From the human T2T-CHM13v2.0 reference genome, Homo sapiens: a stretch of 64,000 bases of DNA. Made by a program: the position numbers and the translations under genes. Below are positions 46,101 through 59,600 of this stretch, piece by piece. The stretch is from assembly GCF_009914755.1 (NCBI RefSeq), contig NC_060926.1. The stretch is one strand, 5' to 3'. The notes under the pieces were generated by a model that was not told where the DNA came from, made no database searches, and saw only the letters and a list, made by a program, of their open reading frames with translations. How positions within the stretch are numbered: the stretch's first letter is position 1; every line of letters starts with the position of its first letter.

Positions 46101-47464
46101 GCCTCAGGGTTGCTGTAATCTCTGGTGGCCCTGGGCCACACCTGGGAGTGCAAAGGCAACAGAATTCCCTTAGATCCTCTGTTGTAAGAATCTGTCAGAC
46201 TTAACACATTCTTTGGTCTGTTCCTCTTCCAATTTTATTTTTAGACTATATTTGAAAACCGGTCATTTGATTGGGAGACTGATCTCTTCATCTAGTTTTT
46301 TTTCAGCCTCTTTCTTGCTTTATCAATCCCAGATTGATGACCAGACATCCTTTGAGTCTTCAACCTTTTTTGTTTGTTTTGTCACCCTACTCCCTCCTAT
46401 CAGACCTGATTGTTTTGCCTCACCACTTCACATTACTATGGATCAAATATAGGTTTATCCTTCTTTTTTGTACCTGGTCCAGCATCATTGCCTTGACTGA
46501 TTGTCCCTAGGTGCCACTGAGTTTGTTCTCATCTGCCTGATGAGAACTCTCAATATACTCCTAAGCCACAGATATCCTGTTTTTGGCAGGTGTGGATTAT
46601 TCTCACATTGAAATATACCCTTTAAAAAATAAGTCTACCTCAGAATGGTGAAGCTATCCAAGGATATTGGCAAATTGTGCATGTGGTAAGCTATCTGACA
46701 AAATATGTGCAAATATGTTGTTTTAAATACAAATATGAATGCTCATGTATTTGTCTATTTACTTGTCAATTATGCATTGCAGGATGATTTTAATGATGTT
46801 GTATTTTTGTTATTATTAAAATCTGTTTATTTGCATGTGCCTATGTCCCGCAAATGCTCTGTTCAACATTCAAACATCTATTGACTATCCACAATGTGCA
46901 AAGCACCGTGCTTGGTACTATTCTTTGTAGCTCATGGCCCAAAGGACAAGTTGTATAGATTTTGCTTTTCTTTTACTTTTATTTCTTTGCTTTACGGATT
47001 GTTTTCTTCATCAACTGCTCAAATACAGTGCAACAGTGTTGATTGTATTTTTTACTGAAATAGTCTCAGGACAGTGTTATGAATATGATGGGTGTTCAGA
47101 AAATTAATGTCTTCTATAGACAAGAATACTGAGTTTAGAGAGGGAGAATAAAATCAGCAGGTCAAAATTAATCAAACCAAGGATTGTGTTAATCCGACTC
47201 TATCTCTGTAAACCTCCAAATAGTTCAGTGAAGGTCTGAAACCTCAGAGACAGTAGTTAGAAGAAAAATTTTTCAGATCTACCTCTAGGCATCTTCAGAG
47301 ACATTGTATTGAGGGCACCTTTCTGATGTGTAAGAGGGGTACTGAGGTTTCTATGAATTCAAGAGGGCAGGAATTATGAAAACTGAGTCAATTTCATGGA
47401 GACAGGGAAGCAAAGTGAGCTTCCCGTTAAAAATGCTCAGTCTGAGAAAAATAAACATCTTCCT

Positions 47465-47866
47465 TTTAGAATTCCAAATAATATATAGAGAGATATCACC
47501 ACGACCACCACCTTCCTTGAGTGTGGGACTGGGGGTTACATTTAGTGACTCACTTTCTAAGAATGGATTACAGAAAGAGAAAACCAGTAATGTACAGTGG
47601 AGAAACTGGAAATCACTACCTTACCCAAGTGCTCAACTTTGACATCAGCACTGGTCATTCATGTGGGTATCATGTACCTGCTGACATAGTGTGATGAGAA
47701 GGCTTTAAGATTGTTGTATTCTTCCCCAACATTTATATAACCCCAGTGTAATCATGACAAAAAATCAGACAAACTCAAATTGAAGGACATTCTATACAAC
47801 ATGACCAGTACTCTTTAAAGCTATGAAGATGATGAAAAGCAAGGAAAGTCGGAGGCATTGTCACAG
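47465..47866 (+). mobile_element. L1MC/L1MD-type 3' UTR fragment
   Basis: acagtggagaaactgg, taatcatgacaaaaaatcagacaaactcaaattgaaggacattcta. Confidence 0.8.
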
Positions 47867-49246
47867 TTTTTAATTTTTATTTCATAACTGGGGGGCCTGT
47901 TAATTTAAAATATTTTCATCATTGAATATTGATAATATGCCGATCAGGAGAAAATTCAAGTACACTGATTCTCTGACAGACTGGTGAGGGAATGAAAGGG
48001 TGTAATACTGTTCCAAAGGCATTTTATTTTTCTGGGAAGACATACAAGGTGGTGACTAGCAAAGACTGTTGCATTTGGTACAATTATATAAAACTGATAT
48101 TCATCTTTACAATTATACTGTTCCACCATAATATATATCAGTGACAACTTTCTTAGGAGTATTATAGAGAGTAAGAGTTCTGTTAGTACTATTACAGTAG
48201 TCTCCCTGCATTAAATATTTGAATTTGAATTCAAAAAAATTGTAGATTGAAAGGTATTTTTCTCTTAGATTGTTTCAAAAGGTTATATATCACATTTTCC
48301 CTCAAATGTATACACTTTCCCGTCTCTCTAGTCCAGGGCATACTTGAGAGTGAAAAGTCTGTTTTCTCTGTGCTGTAAAGAAATGAGCCTGCTGAGGGGG
48401 AAAAAAATCAAAGATGTATGGTGAAGTGTTAAGCAGACTTTCTTCCACCTTGTTAAGAGCAATGGAAGGTTACTGTGGCCATGGCTTCACTAGAGAGCAA
48501 GCTCACCTTGTTGGTTGTGTATTATCTTTTGATTTCCTCCTGCAGATCTTTTTCTTTTTAATTTTCTTCCGTGTGACATCTGCTGTTGAGTCTGAGCAAG
48601 ATCCAAAAAAGATGAGGTTTCAGCGGCTTGGGTTTATCTACCTGCAGTTCAGTGATGCGATACTACAATCAATGCCTAGCCCAATAGGCAATGGGCTGAT
48701 ACTCCTACGAGCCAATTCAAACACATATTGCAATAAAAGCAGTAACAGTAAAATGTGAATTAAAAATACCTTCTACAGGATTCTCTTGTCACATAAATAA
48801 AATCGTCTGTGGAAGTTCTTATAAGTAGGAACATTTTCAAATATTTGTTGTTTTCACCACAAAATGATTAAAAAATAGCAATATTTTATCTTTAATTTTT
48901 TTAAATAGCAGTCTTTCCACTCTGATCACTTCAGAAAGGTTGTCTGAATCAGGTGCTACCTAAAAAAAATCCAAAAAATGTATTGAAACCTGGAATATTC
49001 TAGAAAATAAATACAAATCCCTTAAACACTAAAAAAGACAAGAAAATTGTCCCAGAGTTTATCAAAATTATCCATGTAAAATCACTTTGATAAATGCTAT
49101 TGTTGACTATCTTGATTTCTACCAAATTACTTGTAGCCAAATCATTTCCAGCTAAATGATATAATATTTAATAAACAGCAGTGGGTAATAAAAAGCAAAC
49201 AATGAAGAGTTTAGAAATGTATTTCATGGAACTTTACGAAAGCGGA

Positions 49247-49876
<630 letters not shown>

Positions 49877-50039
49877 TCGATTTTTAACAGAAGCCATATC
49901 TAGCAGGTTGGGTGTTTCAAAACATATTGAGTTGATCAATTTGAAATAAAAGACATCTATAAATCAGAGTACAAATAAATAAGGTTTATAAATGTAAAGA
50001 TAATAAAATTGAATAAAATATCAATAGAATTGTAACATC

Positions 50040-51030
50040 CTGGTCGATTGCATGGTTTTTTGACTGATTTCCTGTTGCTACTTGACCCTCTAGAGTCTAT
50101 TTTCAGCCCAACATTCAGAATGGTTCTTTTAAAACTGAAGTTTATTTCACTCTTTTGTTCAAAATCTTCAACAGATTTCTATGTCCCTCAGTGTAAAACT
50201 TGAAGTCCCTTCAACAGCCTCTGGACCCCTGATGCCTCTCTGACTCTTCTCTCTTCTCCTACATCTCCTTAACCCTTATTTCACTCCAACTGGACCAACC
50301 TTCTTTTGGTTTCTTGAATTCTTCAAGAAAACTTCTGCCTCAGGGTTTTGCCTTTGCTGTTCCTTCTTGGGACACACTTCTCTCATATATCCAGATGATT
50401 TGCTCTCTTGCCTCACTGAGATCTCTGTTTAAATGTCATCTCCATGAGACTTCTCTGACTACCTGCTCAAAACTTACCCCCTTTGGAAGTCACTGAGTCA
50501 TTCTTTTTCTGCTTCATTTTTCTGCACAACCAAGAGGATATAAAGCAGGGCTTAAGAGAAGACTAGCAAAATCTCTTATCCTCATCTTCTACCATGTTTT
50601 TCCTTATAATATCTAACAACAGAGATTTTTGTTATTCTTTAAATATGTCCAGTTTAGCTATGCCTTAGGCTTTTACACTTGCTGTTCTATGTGCTTTAGC
50701 TCCTCTTTAAATAAAGGTTTATTATTCTTTATTGGTCAGGATTTTGCTCAAATATCCCCCATAAGAGATGCCCTTCTATCTGAATATGACTTCCTTGTCT
50801 ACCACCCCTCCACCATCATTCTTGGACACTTTGCCCTTGTGTATTCTCTTCACAGTTTTTAACATGATTTGAAATCACATTATCATTTTTTACTCATTTA
50901 TAGTCTATTTTTTCTATTAGAAAGTAAGCTTGATGAAGGGAAGAAATTTGTTCACAGTTGCATCTTGATTATAAAGGACCATGCCTGATATGTACTAGGT
51001 GTTCAAAATATACTTTAATGTTTTCTTGAA
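50040..51030 (+). mobile_element. L2 3' fragments (at least two pieces)
   Basis: gcctcagggttttgcctttgctgttccttc, tagaaagtaagcttgatgaaggg, taggtgttcaaaata. Confidence 0.7.
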
Positions 51031-51134
51031 TGAATATCTCCAGAAGAAAGGAGGAGAAGAAATAATGAAAACAATTTTGGAATATAATTTCCCTAATATA
51101 AATATGTTTTGACCTTCAGCTGTAAGTAAAATTA

Positions 51135-51400
51135 ATATAAACTTGACGCTAGTAGCTTGAATGGGTTTATTGCTTATGGTAACACAAAGTCCGGAAGCAG
51201 ACAACTGCAAGTTAATGCAGCAGCTAAGTAAGAGTATCAGGGCTCTTTCTAATGTCCTGCACTGCTGTCCTTAACGTGGCTCTATTGTTTTTTGGTCCAA
51301 AGATGGCCACTTTAACCCCATGTATTAAGACTGTATTCCAGGCAGAAATAATGAGAAGAGCCAAGGTGAAGATCACATGCAGGATCATTCTTCTCTGATT
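51135..51400 (-). mobile_element. Old MLT1 (J/K-like) LTR fragment, possibly resuming at about 51628-51730
   Basis: tagcttgaat..tttattgctta, caaagatggcc, attccaggcagaa. Weaker similarity after 51628. Confidence 0.55.
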
Positions 51401-52295
51401 ATTGTTTGGTCACAAAGTCAAAGCCTGTAGATATATTCTCGAACTTTCCGAATTCTTGCACAGACTACCTTTGGCATGGATATCTGATGCAGCATCAGAT
51501 ATAGATGCTGCATCTATATCATATAGATATAGATATAGAAAATAAATTTTCTATTAGCAAGATCTGCAGAGAAGCAAAATCCTTTTCTTAATTAGGCAAA
51601 ATATGTTACATAATCATATATTAAATGTATAAGGAAGATAACATTTCTGTAAGTCCTACTTGAAATATTTCCACCAACTGCCATAATTATGTCACTCTGT
51701 TACATAACCACCACTGTTTTCAAAAGATCAGTCAATCAATTGATTTGCTAACTAAGAAGGCACTTGGAAAAGTATCAGGTAAATTATAAACATAATGCAT
51801 TTTATTTTCCCTTCTCATTTGAAATAAATACATTTTTCCCCACATATTCCCAAGGGGCAAGAGGCAAGTGGCAAAATTAGTAGGTAGGTTATACAATTTT
51901 TTTTTTTTATATTTCCCAAACTACCTCTTTGGAGTCCAAAATGCTCTAACTTTATATTGAATCCATATAAAGTAGGGTAGAATTTAAAACTTTTAGCTTA
52001 TACACTAATGGTCATAAGTTTTATGTATATCAAAGAAACTTTTTAATTATGTAGCAGAATGAGACAAAATATCTTCACCAATTTCTATGCAGTGACTCAC
52101 TATATATTAGGATTGTCAGTGGCAGGTTTAATATGTTTTGCCTAATTAAGACAAGGATGTTGCTTCTTTGCAGATCTTGCTAATAGAAAATTTATTGATG
52201 CTGCATCAGAAATCCATGCCAAAGGCAGCCTGTGCAAGAACTTGGAAAGTTCGAGAATATATCTATACAGGCTTTGACTTTGTGACCAAACAATA
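51400..52295. repeat. Long inverted repeat: arms 51400-51608 and 52129-52295, spacer about 520 bp
   Basis: Manual alignment gives about 165 aligned bp with 10 substitutions, one 2-bp indel and a 44-bp insertion in the left arm. Confidence 0.97.
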
Positions 52296-52848
52296 GTGCC
52301 TTGCCCCCATGAAAACAGAGTAGTCCCCAAGCTATGCTTCTCTGCAATAAACTAATTGCTCCCTGACTACATTTAGGATTGTGCTTCAGTGACAATTCTA
52401 AAAGTCATTCAAAATGTGTTATTTTCTTTGTCACACTGAGGCTCTCTGATTGCATCAGTGTCACTGACCACTTCCTCCTTTATATCTTCTTTCAGTCAAG
52501 GACATCACCCTCCATTGGATGTTCGTGAGCATTTGAGATTATGCAATTTTTGTTACTCCAAGTTTTCATTTGAATTAGTCATATCTCCACAGCCATTTTG
52601 TGTGTGTCTTAAGAGAAGAGACTGCCAGCATTTAATTGATACTTACTCACAGTAAAAGTTTTAGCTTGAATTTATATATCTCTTCCCCATCATAAAGCAT
52701 GCACTACCTGTGCATTTGTGGGCACCATAAAGTACCTGTCTGTTCATGGGTGTGTAAAAATTGCTTAATGAAGACTATCCTTCCTACTTTTTATAACGTT
52801 TTTGCATTTTTCAGGCAATTTCTACAAGTTAGTACAAGATGTCAGACT

Positions 52849-53200
52849 CCACCCCTTCCCTTCCCTCCCCTCTCCTCCCCTCTCCTCCCCTCCCCTCCCC
52901 TCCCCTCCCCTTCCCTTCCCTAGAGAGTCTTACTCTGTTGCCTAGGCTGGAGTGCAGTGTCATGATCTCAGCTCACTGCCAACCTCTGCCTCCCAGGCTC
53001 AAGCAATTCTCATGCCTCGCCTCCTGGGTAGCTGGGATTACAGGCACATGCCACAATGCCCAGCTAATTTTTGCATTTTTAGTAGAGATGGGGTTTTACC
53101 CTGTTGGCCGTGCTGGTCTAGAACTCTTAGCCTCAAGTGATCAACCTGCCTCAGCCTCCCAAAGTGCTGGGATTACCAGCGTGAGCCACCGTGCCCAGCC
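52849..53200 (-). mobile_element. AluSz-like with a C/T-rich tail (52849-52921)
   Basis: Reverse Alu body 52921-53200 (cctcaagtgatc) preceded by (CCCTT/CCCCT)n. Confidence 0.92.
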
Positions 53201-53204
53201 TGCT

Positions 53205-53685
53205 TGTCTGTTTTAACAGAAATCAAATGACAGTAGCTTAAACAAGATAAAAAATTATTTGGGGTTTACATGATTATAATTAAAAGCCTAAGCTCATTGA
53301 TTGTTCAGGCTAATTCTTCTCAATCAAGACACTTAGAGACCTAGATTTCTTCTCTTTTATTGCTCTGTCTTTTCCGAGGGTATTCTCCTTGACCACACGG
53401 ATGAATCTGGCTCACTAGCAGCCCATCAGCATTCCAGACCACGGGGAGAGAGAAAATAAAACTAAAGGGCACATTGCTTCCATTTAAGGATGTGGCCTAG
53501 GAGTTGAACACGTTGTTTCAGTCCTTTGGTCAAAATTCAGTCACAACACCATACCTAACTACAAGGAAGGCTTATAAATGTTGCCTTTACCTGGGAAGCC
53601 ATATGCCCAGCTAAAATTGGGGATTTTGTTACCAAGAGGAAGTAGGGTGAGTGGTTATTAGGGATCATTTAGTGGTCTCTGCCAC
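53205..53685 (-). mobile_element. MLT1J-like MaLR LTR
   Basis: cagtagcttaaacaagata...gtcacaacaccatacctaactacaaggaaggct...tctctgccaca terminus. Confidence 0.78.
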
Positions 53686-56600
53686 AACAGTATTGCCTGC
53701 AACTTAGATACAACTCTATAAACATTAGTCTTCTGATTTCAGATACCTCTGTTTAACAATACTTGAAGAGACTCATTTATTCAAAGGCTTTATAAAGGCC
53801 AGAAAATGATGAATTGAAAAGGAAGTAACACCACATAATCAACTATATACAATTTATAAAAACAATTAACCCTAGGGAAAGTTTGCAACGATTTACTGAT
53901 AACATATGGGTCTAATTATTGCGTAGTCCAGATGTTAACTATCAATTTTTCCACACAAACTTATCATGGAGACAGGAAAGGGTAAGAGAAATCTGTCTGT
54001 CCTTGCTTCTCGTTCATTCTTCAGGTTTTGTTAGTTCAGTGCATCCCTAAGTTGTAGAAATGCAGCCACTCCCTTATTTCATGGAGGTTTCTATGTTATT
54101 AACTAAAATCAGACTTTTTACTTCCTTAAATTAAGGTTGGTATATGATTAAAACTAATTTCACTTACTCTGTTTTAATTGCTGAAAGTCCATGTTTTGGA
54201 ATGTGGAATATTTATCAATGGCATGCTTATGTTTATCATTATTTTTGTTTCCAATAGCTAACAAACATATGAATACAAATTTAAGGATGTCTAAGAATAC
54301 AGTTATCTTCTATTGCATGCTACAGTGGTTGTTATAGAACGTTCTCTCCGTGCTCTTTCAGACAAATACATTTCTGGCCACTTTGGGAATCTGAAACATC
54401 TCCAGGCCTGGGAGATGTTTCCCTGCTACTTTAGGATCCTTTTTAACTGATATTTCTTGTGCTGCACAGCAGGGTGTAGAAAATATTTAACTTGCTATTT
54501 AACATGTTATGATAAATAACATGTTATATTCTGAAATAATTCATTGCAGAAGTGTAATGGTTTTAGAGGAAAACACCCAAACACACACATTATATACCTC
54601 AGCCTTGCCACAATGTAAATGAAAGACAGAATGATAGACATATTGTAGAGAATTTGAGAAAAATAACATTTATTCCCTGTTTTTTAAATTTCTGGGAAGG
54701 CTTTTGGAAGAAAATTGAAAGTCAAAATAAGTATTGTGTGACTTTCTTCATTGTAAGTAGCCACTTAATAAGATATATAGACAACGACTCCTTCCTGGAA
54801 AGATTTTGGTAATTATCTTCCATCCTTTTAGACATCCTATTAGATATCTCTGAAACTTTTAGATCACTCTTGGAAAATATATAATCTTCCATCAAAAGAA
54901 AACAGCAATTCAAGAAGCATCATAAGAAACAGCACAGTTGGTCGCATTTTTAAAAGTCAAAAGGAGCTTAACTCTTTAATATAGTAAAAACAATGGCAAG
55001 AACCTGTACCAGATCTCTAGGTTGTCCACAGAAATACCACATAGACTAATAAAGTTACGATTAAATTCTTCATGAGGTCCCTGTGCCCGAGTGATTAGCA
55101 AGTATCCAGATGCAGAAACATGCTCATGTGAAACGTCATTTAGATTACATCTCATCATGTCATTGCATGTTCTGCCACCTCAAAAGCCAAAGTGTTCTGG
55201 CATGCTAGGTTACGCTATCTCAGACAACACTCTAATATTTAATCCATTTTCTATTTACTACAGCCACTGATTATCTTCTCCAGATTTAGTAAAACATCTG
55301 TGATACTATTCTTGACAAACAAGATTATAATCCCTAGAGGTCTTTATTATTTTCACTGACTTCTGTACCCTTAAAATGGCTTATTTGTCACATCAACCAA
55401 AACTCCCTGCCATTTGTTGAACCTTTGAGCACTATTTCATTGTTCCAATTATTTTAAATGAGAATGTTCTCACACACTTCCATGCTTCATCTTCATTGCC
55501 ACACATTTCTTTATAAAGTTGATAAACAATTTTGAACTCCAAATTATGCCCTACATGTCACAAAGCTGCAGCTGTAAGCTGCAGCATTAAAATATGAGCG
55601 GAGAGTTGACATCAGAACAAACAAGGTCATCATCAAATAACTGCTAAGATTAGGTTCCTTTTTATCACTTGTTAATTGCTATATCTGTCCGGTTGGTGGG
55701 AAAATCCAATATGCTGTTTTTAGATAGCTTCACAGCCAATGTAGTATTGTAGCTAGTGTCAACACTTTGGCCCCTGTTGCTTTCAATAGGAATTTAATGC
55801 CAATTTATCTATTCCTTCTGCATGTATTGAGCACCTATCATTTATTTGTCAGGCATTGTTCTAATGCAATAGGGCTACAGGTGTGAGTAGACCACAATCT
55901 CTGTTTACTGTGTGTTTCTGTGGACTGTTGTAAAGGTTTTACAGTCCACTTAGAGACCACTTAGTAATATACAGAGTTTTGGATGAATAGAAATACATTT
56001 ATAAATATCAAGCCTTAAAAAGAGAAGGTAATATGAAATCATTTTAGGCTGCTATTGGTCATCTATAATATTTTTAAAATCTGCCAAAGATGTCACCAAA
56101 GAAGGTTCCATTGTATATTATGTGTAACATGAAGGAATTAAACAAATAAAATGAATAAAGTGTTTATACATGAAAAAATATCAAAAGTGTGCATACTGGA
56201 TACCTGACTTCCATCCCAAGAATAATTTCCTTCATCTTTCTCATAATGGGTCATTTTATAGACTCTTTCTGAGTTCTGACATTCACTGAGGAGCTAGAAA
56301 GAGAGGTAAAATGATTTTCATAGGCTCTGTAATATGTGCCCATATAAAGCATGTAAGGGGCTCACTTGTACCCTCCGAAAAGAGTTTCCTTTCCATTTTC
56401 CATTATAGGCCACTATTATAAAAGCTTTGATTTACATAATAAAACAGCAGAAATCAGATTACATTAAAACTGACACAATATTCTGCATATAATGAACTTA
56501 GTGACACTTAAGTCAAACAATATTTGATTCAACAAATTTTCATTTGGATAGTCTTCTGGTGCTTGTTTAATGGGATATTTGAATTGTAAATTAGAAAGAC

Positions 56601-59600
56601 CATGTAATTATTATTTCACTCCTGATTTCCATGTAGGTCTTTTCTTAACATGGACAATACAGTACTTTGTTCCCTGTGGACATTTCTGAGCAGATACTCT
56701 GTGAAATAATAATAATAATAAAAAAAACTTCTTGTTGGAGTGTGGGAGACACAGGTTATATGATCCCCTTTATTAAATATCCAGTGAGAATCTCCAAAGG
56801 ATCTCAGTAGATAAGCACTATTCATCAGAGGGCTTGCTGTTTGCCAGCAGAGCTGGGGAGGTAGAGCTCTGGCTATTATTGAGCTTCCAAATGGAAGGTG
56901 TCATAAAGGAGAATAGGCAATAGGAATGAAGCCAGGTCTCCACTCAGAGTAGCAATTTACTGCTGCTGCTTTATTGATCGCTCAAACTAAAATAGAGGAG
57001 ATGATATTTAAACCACAGAATTCTGAGAAAAAAATTATTTAAATGAGATAAAGCACCTAATATAAATTGTCATTATCCAATGGATCAATCTTTTAAAAAT
57101 ATGCCTGAATACTTATCTTAAAATGTAAGACAAATGGGTTGATACTCAACATATAAAGCGTAATACTCTGCTTGTGGGCAAATATTTGGTATTTTAAGGT
57201 TATGACATATTGAACCTCACACTTTGCTTAACTCATTTACTTAATCCCATCTGTGCATATATTTTGCTTTTTCTACCATAATTTCAAATGCAGTAAATTG
57301 AGATAATTTCATCCTTGTTCTAGTACCAAAGGGATAAGAATGCCTTCCAATTTTTCTTGTTACCTCTAGAGATGATGGAGCTGTCAAGGAAGAAGAATAT
57401 GCCAAGTGAAGGAGGCCAGTCTTTCCTCTATCATATAATTATTATTGATATTAATTATCAAGAAAAACCAAATTAATTATCAAATTCGGTTTTTGGGAGG
57501 GCTTATTCTAAGAGAAGGGAAAGAAGAAACCATCTCCATGGATGTAAATACAGCCAATTACCTCATCCTGTGGATTTTGTTTCCCTTACATATCTTGATT
57601 CGATCTTTCTTTTTCATTATCACCTTCTTTTAGGCTGCAATAATTAGATCCTTTATCTTAATAGGTAGGCCTACAAACTCACCTTTTCCAAATCTCCTTT
57701 AATCTTCTCTCTCCACCCTCCTGCCTCCATCCTCTCAAAACCCCCACTGTATGTTTCTCTTCAAACTTATTATTTACTTTTAAATATACCAATGGCTTCC
57801 CATTTGATATCATTTTAAATAAAATATCTTCCCAGTAGCTTTAAAGTTCTTCATAAAATACTTTACTCACCCATATCATTCACTGAACCCTACAGCCTTC
57901 CAAACCAAAATTGATTGGTTTGCAAATATTAGATTATTTCTCCATCATTGTGATTTATGTATTCTCTTTCCACTCCCTGAAATATCTGCATATAATGCCA
58001 ATTGCACTTAAAAATCTCAACAGCCAGCTACCTCATTTTGCATTTTCTGATTGTCATTGACCAACTTGTTGTTATCTTTTACTATGTGAAACTTTTCTAG
58101 CATTTCTATAGCTTTAATGACTATGACTTTCGGCTTTTGTCCAATGATGTTACATACTTATTGAGAATGATTTACATATCTTACTTTTGTACAATACTGG
58201 AAATACGTGTGGTATTTGCTCAGTGAATCATTACATTGTTTACAGGTTTTATTGAGAAGGTAGTCTCATTATTAGAATATAAAAAATAGGTCATTTTTCT
58301 TACTTTCATGATTTTTAAAAATCAGTCTGTTTCTTGATTGTAGGCTAAGTAAAATTGTGTAATGAGCCTGGCACATGTAAGCATGCTGCTGCAGGTAGTA
58401 ACCGAGGAGGATATAAATATACATGGCATATTTACTACTCTCTAGAAGAAAGAAATTATTTTTGTTCAATACAGCACTTCTTGATTAGGTTATGAGCTCT
58501 TGAAGGGTAGCAAATTATGCCCACAGCTATTTTCCTAGCACCCAGCATAGCGCCAGGCACACTGGTTTTGCTTTGACCATTGCTGATAAATGAGTTGTCT
58601 ATTTCTAACATATAGTAATGGTGACCCTCTTTACCTATTACAATACAACCATCAGGTATGTCTATAAAAGATAAAATTCATTCAGTTTGAAAAATAAGGG
58701 TCTTATAATCTAGGACTTAAATATCTAATTAAATATTTACCACATCATCTTTTTCTAACATCACAATTGCTAAAGTTATTGCTATTGTAATCAAACAAGG
58801 AATTCCCTAGGAAAACAAGAAACATGTCTGACTAGAAGTAAGTCCTAACTGAGTTTTATTCACAACAATTTCTAATTATGGTGGGCATCTGCTTTCGATT
58901 TGTTGAATTATTAAGACTGTGTTGCCAAGCCACATTTATTTAACAAAGTGCTTTATTAGAAACTAGTCATGAGGTACTAGGCAGTTGTCACGTATCAGAC
59001 AGACAAAATTAGGAAGTCATCGGCGAGTTCTGTGTGTCTATCCAGGCATGGAGCAATGCTGAAAATTAAGCTAAAGAAGGTTCCATAGATTCAGACAAAC
59101 TGGCTGGGTCCAGAGTCCAGTATTCTGGAATGGGTGGTAGGCAAGTACTGACTTTGGAATTCAGGCTTGGGCTTTGGGGCTGTGGTCTGAAGGATGAGGA
59201 AACAGATCTGGGCAGCAAGCTACAGAATGAATTCAGGCATTTGAGCAATGAGGATAAAATTTCAGCCGTAGCTATGGAATTTGAGAAAAGAAATTTTTAT
59301 TCCAGTCTTCTCTGCGCTGCCTTAAAGTCTAAGTACCCCAGATCCCTGTCTGCATCATGAGTGGAAGAGCTGGACAGTAGCCAGGTTGTCTGCACACAGA
59401 AGCACTTCAAAGGCCACTGTGACTTCTGGGGTCCAAAATTAGAAAGCAGACAATTGAGTCACTGTTTCCTTTCTCCATATCAAGCTTTTTTTAAAAATTG
59501 ACAAATCTACCTTCAACACCATATTATATTCTCATCATTGGATTTCAATTCCAATTCTTTCCTGATGAGATATTGCTTTCGATTTCCCTTTAAACTAAAA

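Noticed and set aside
48414-48758. 114-aa ORF in unique sequence
   Set aside because: No recognisable domain or supported splice structure; the length is compatible with chance.
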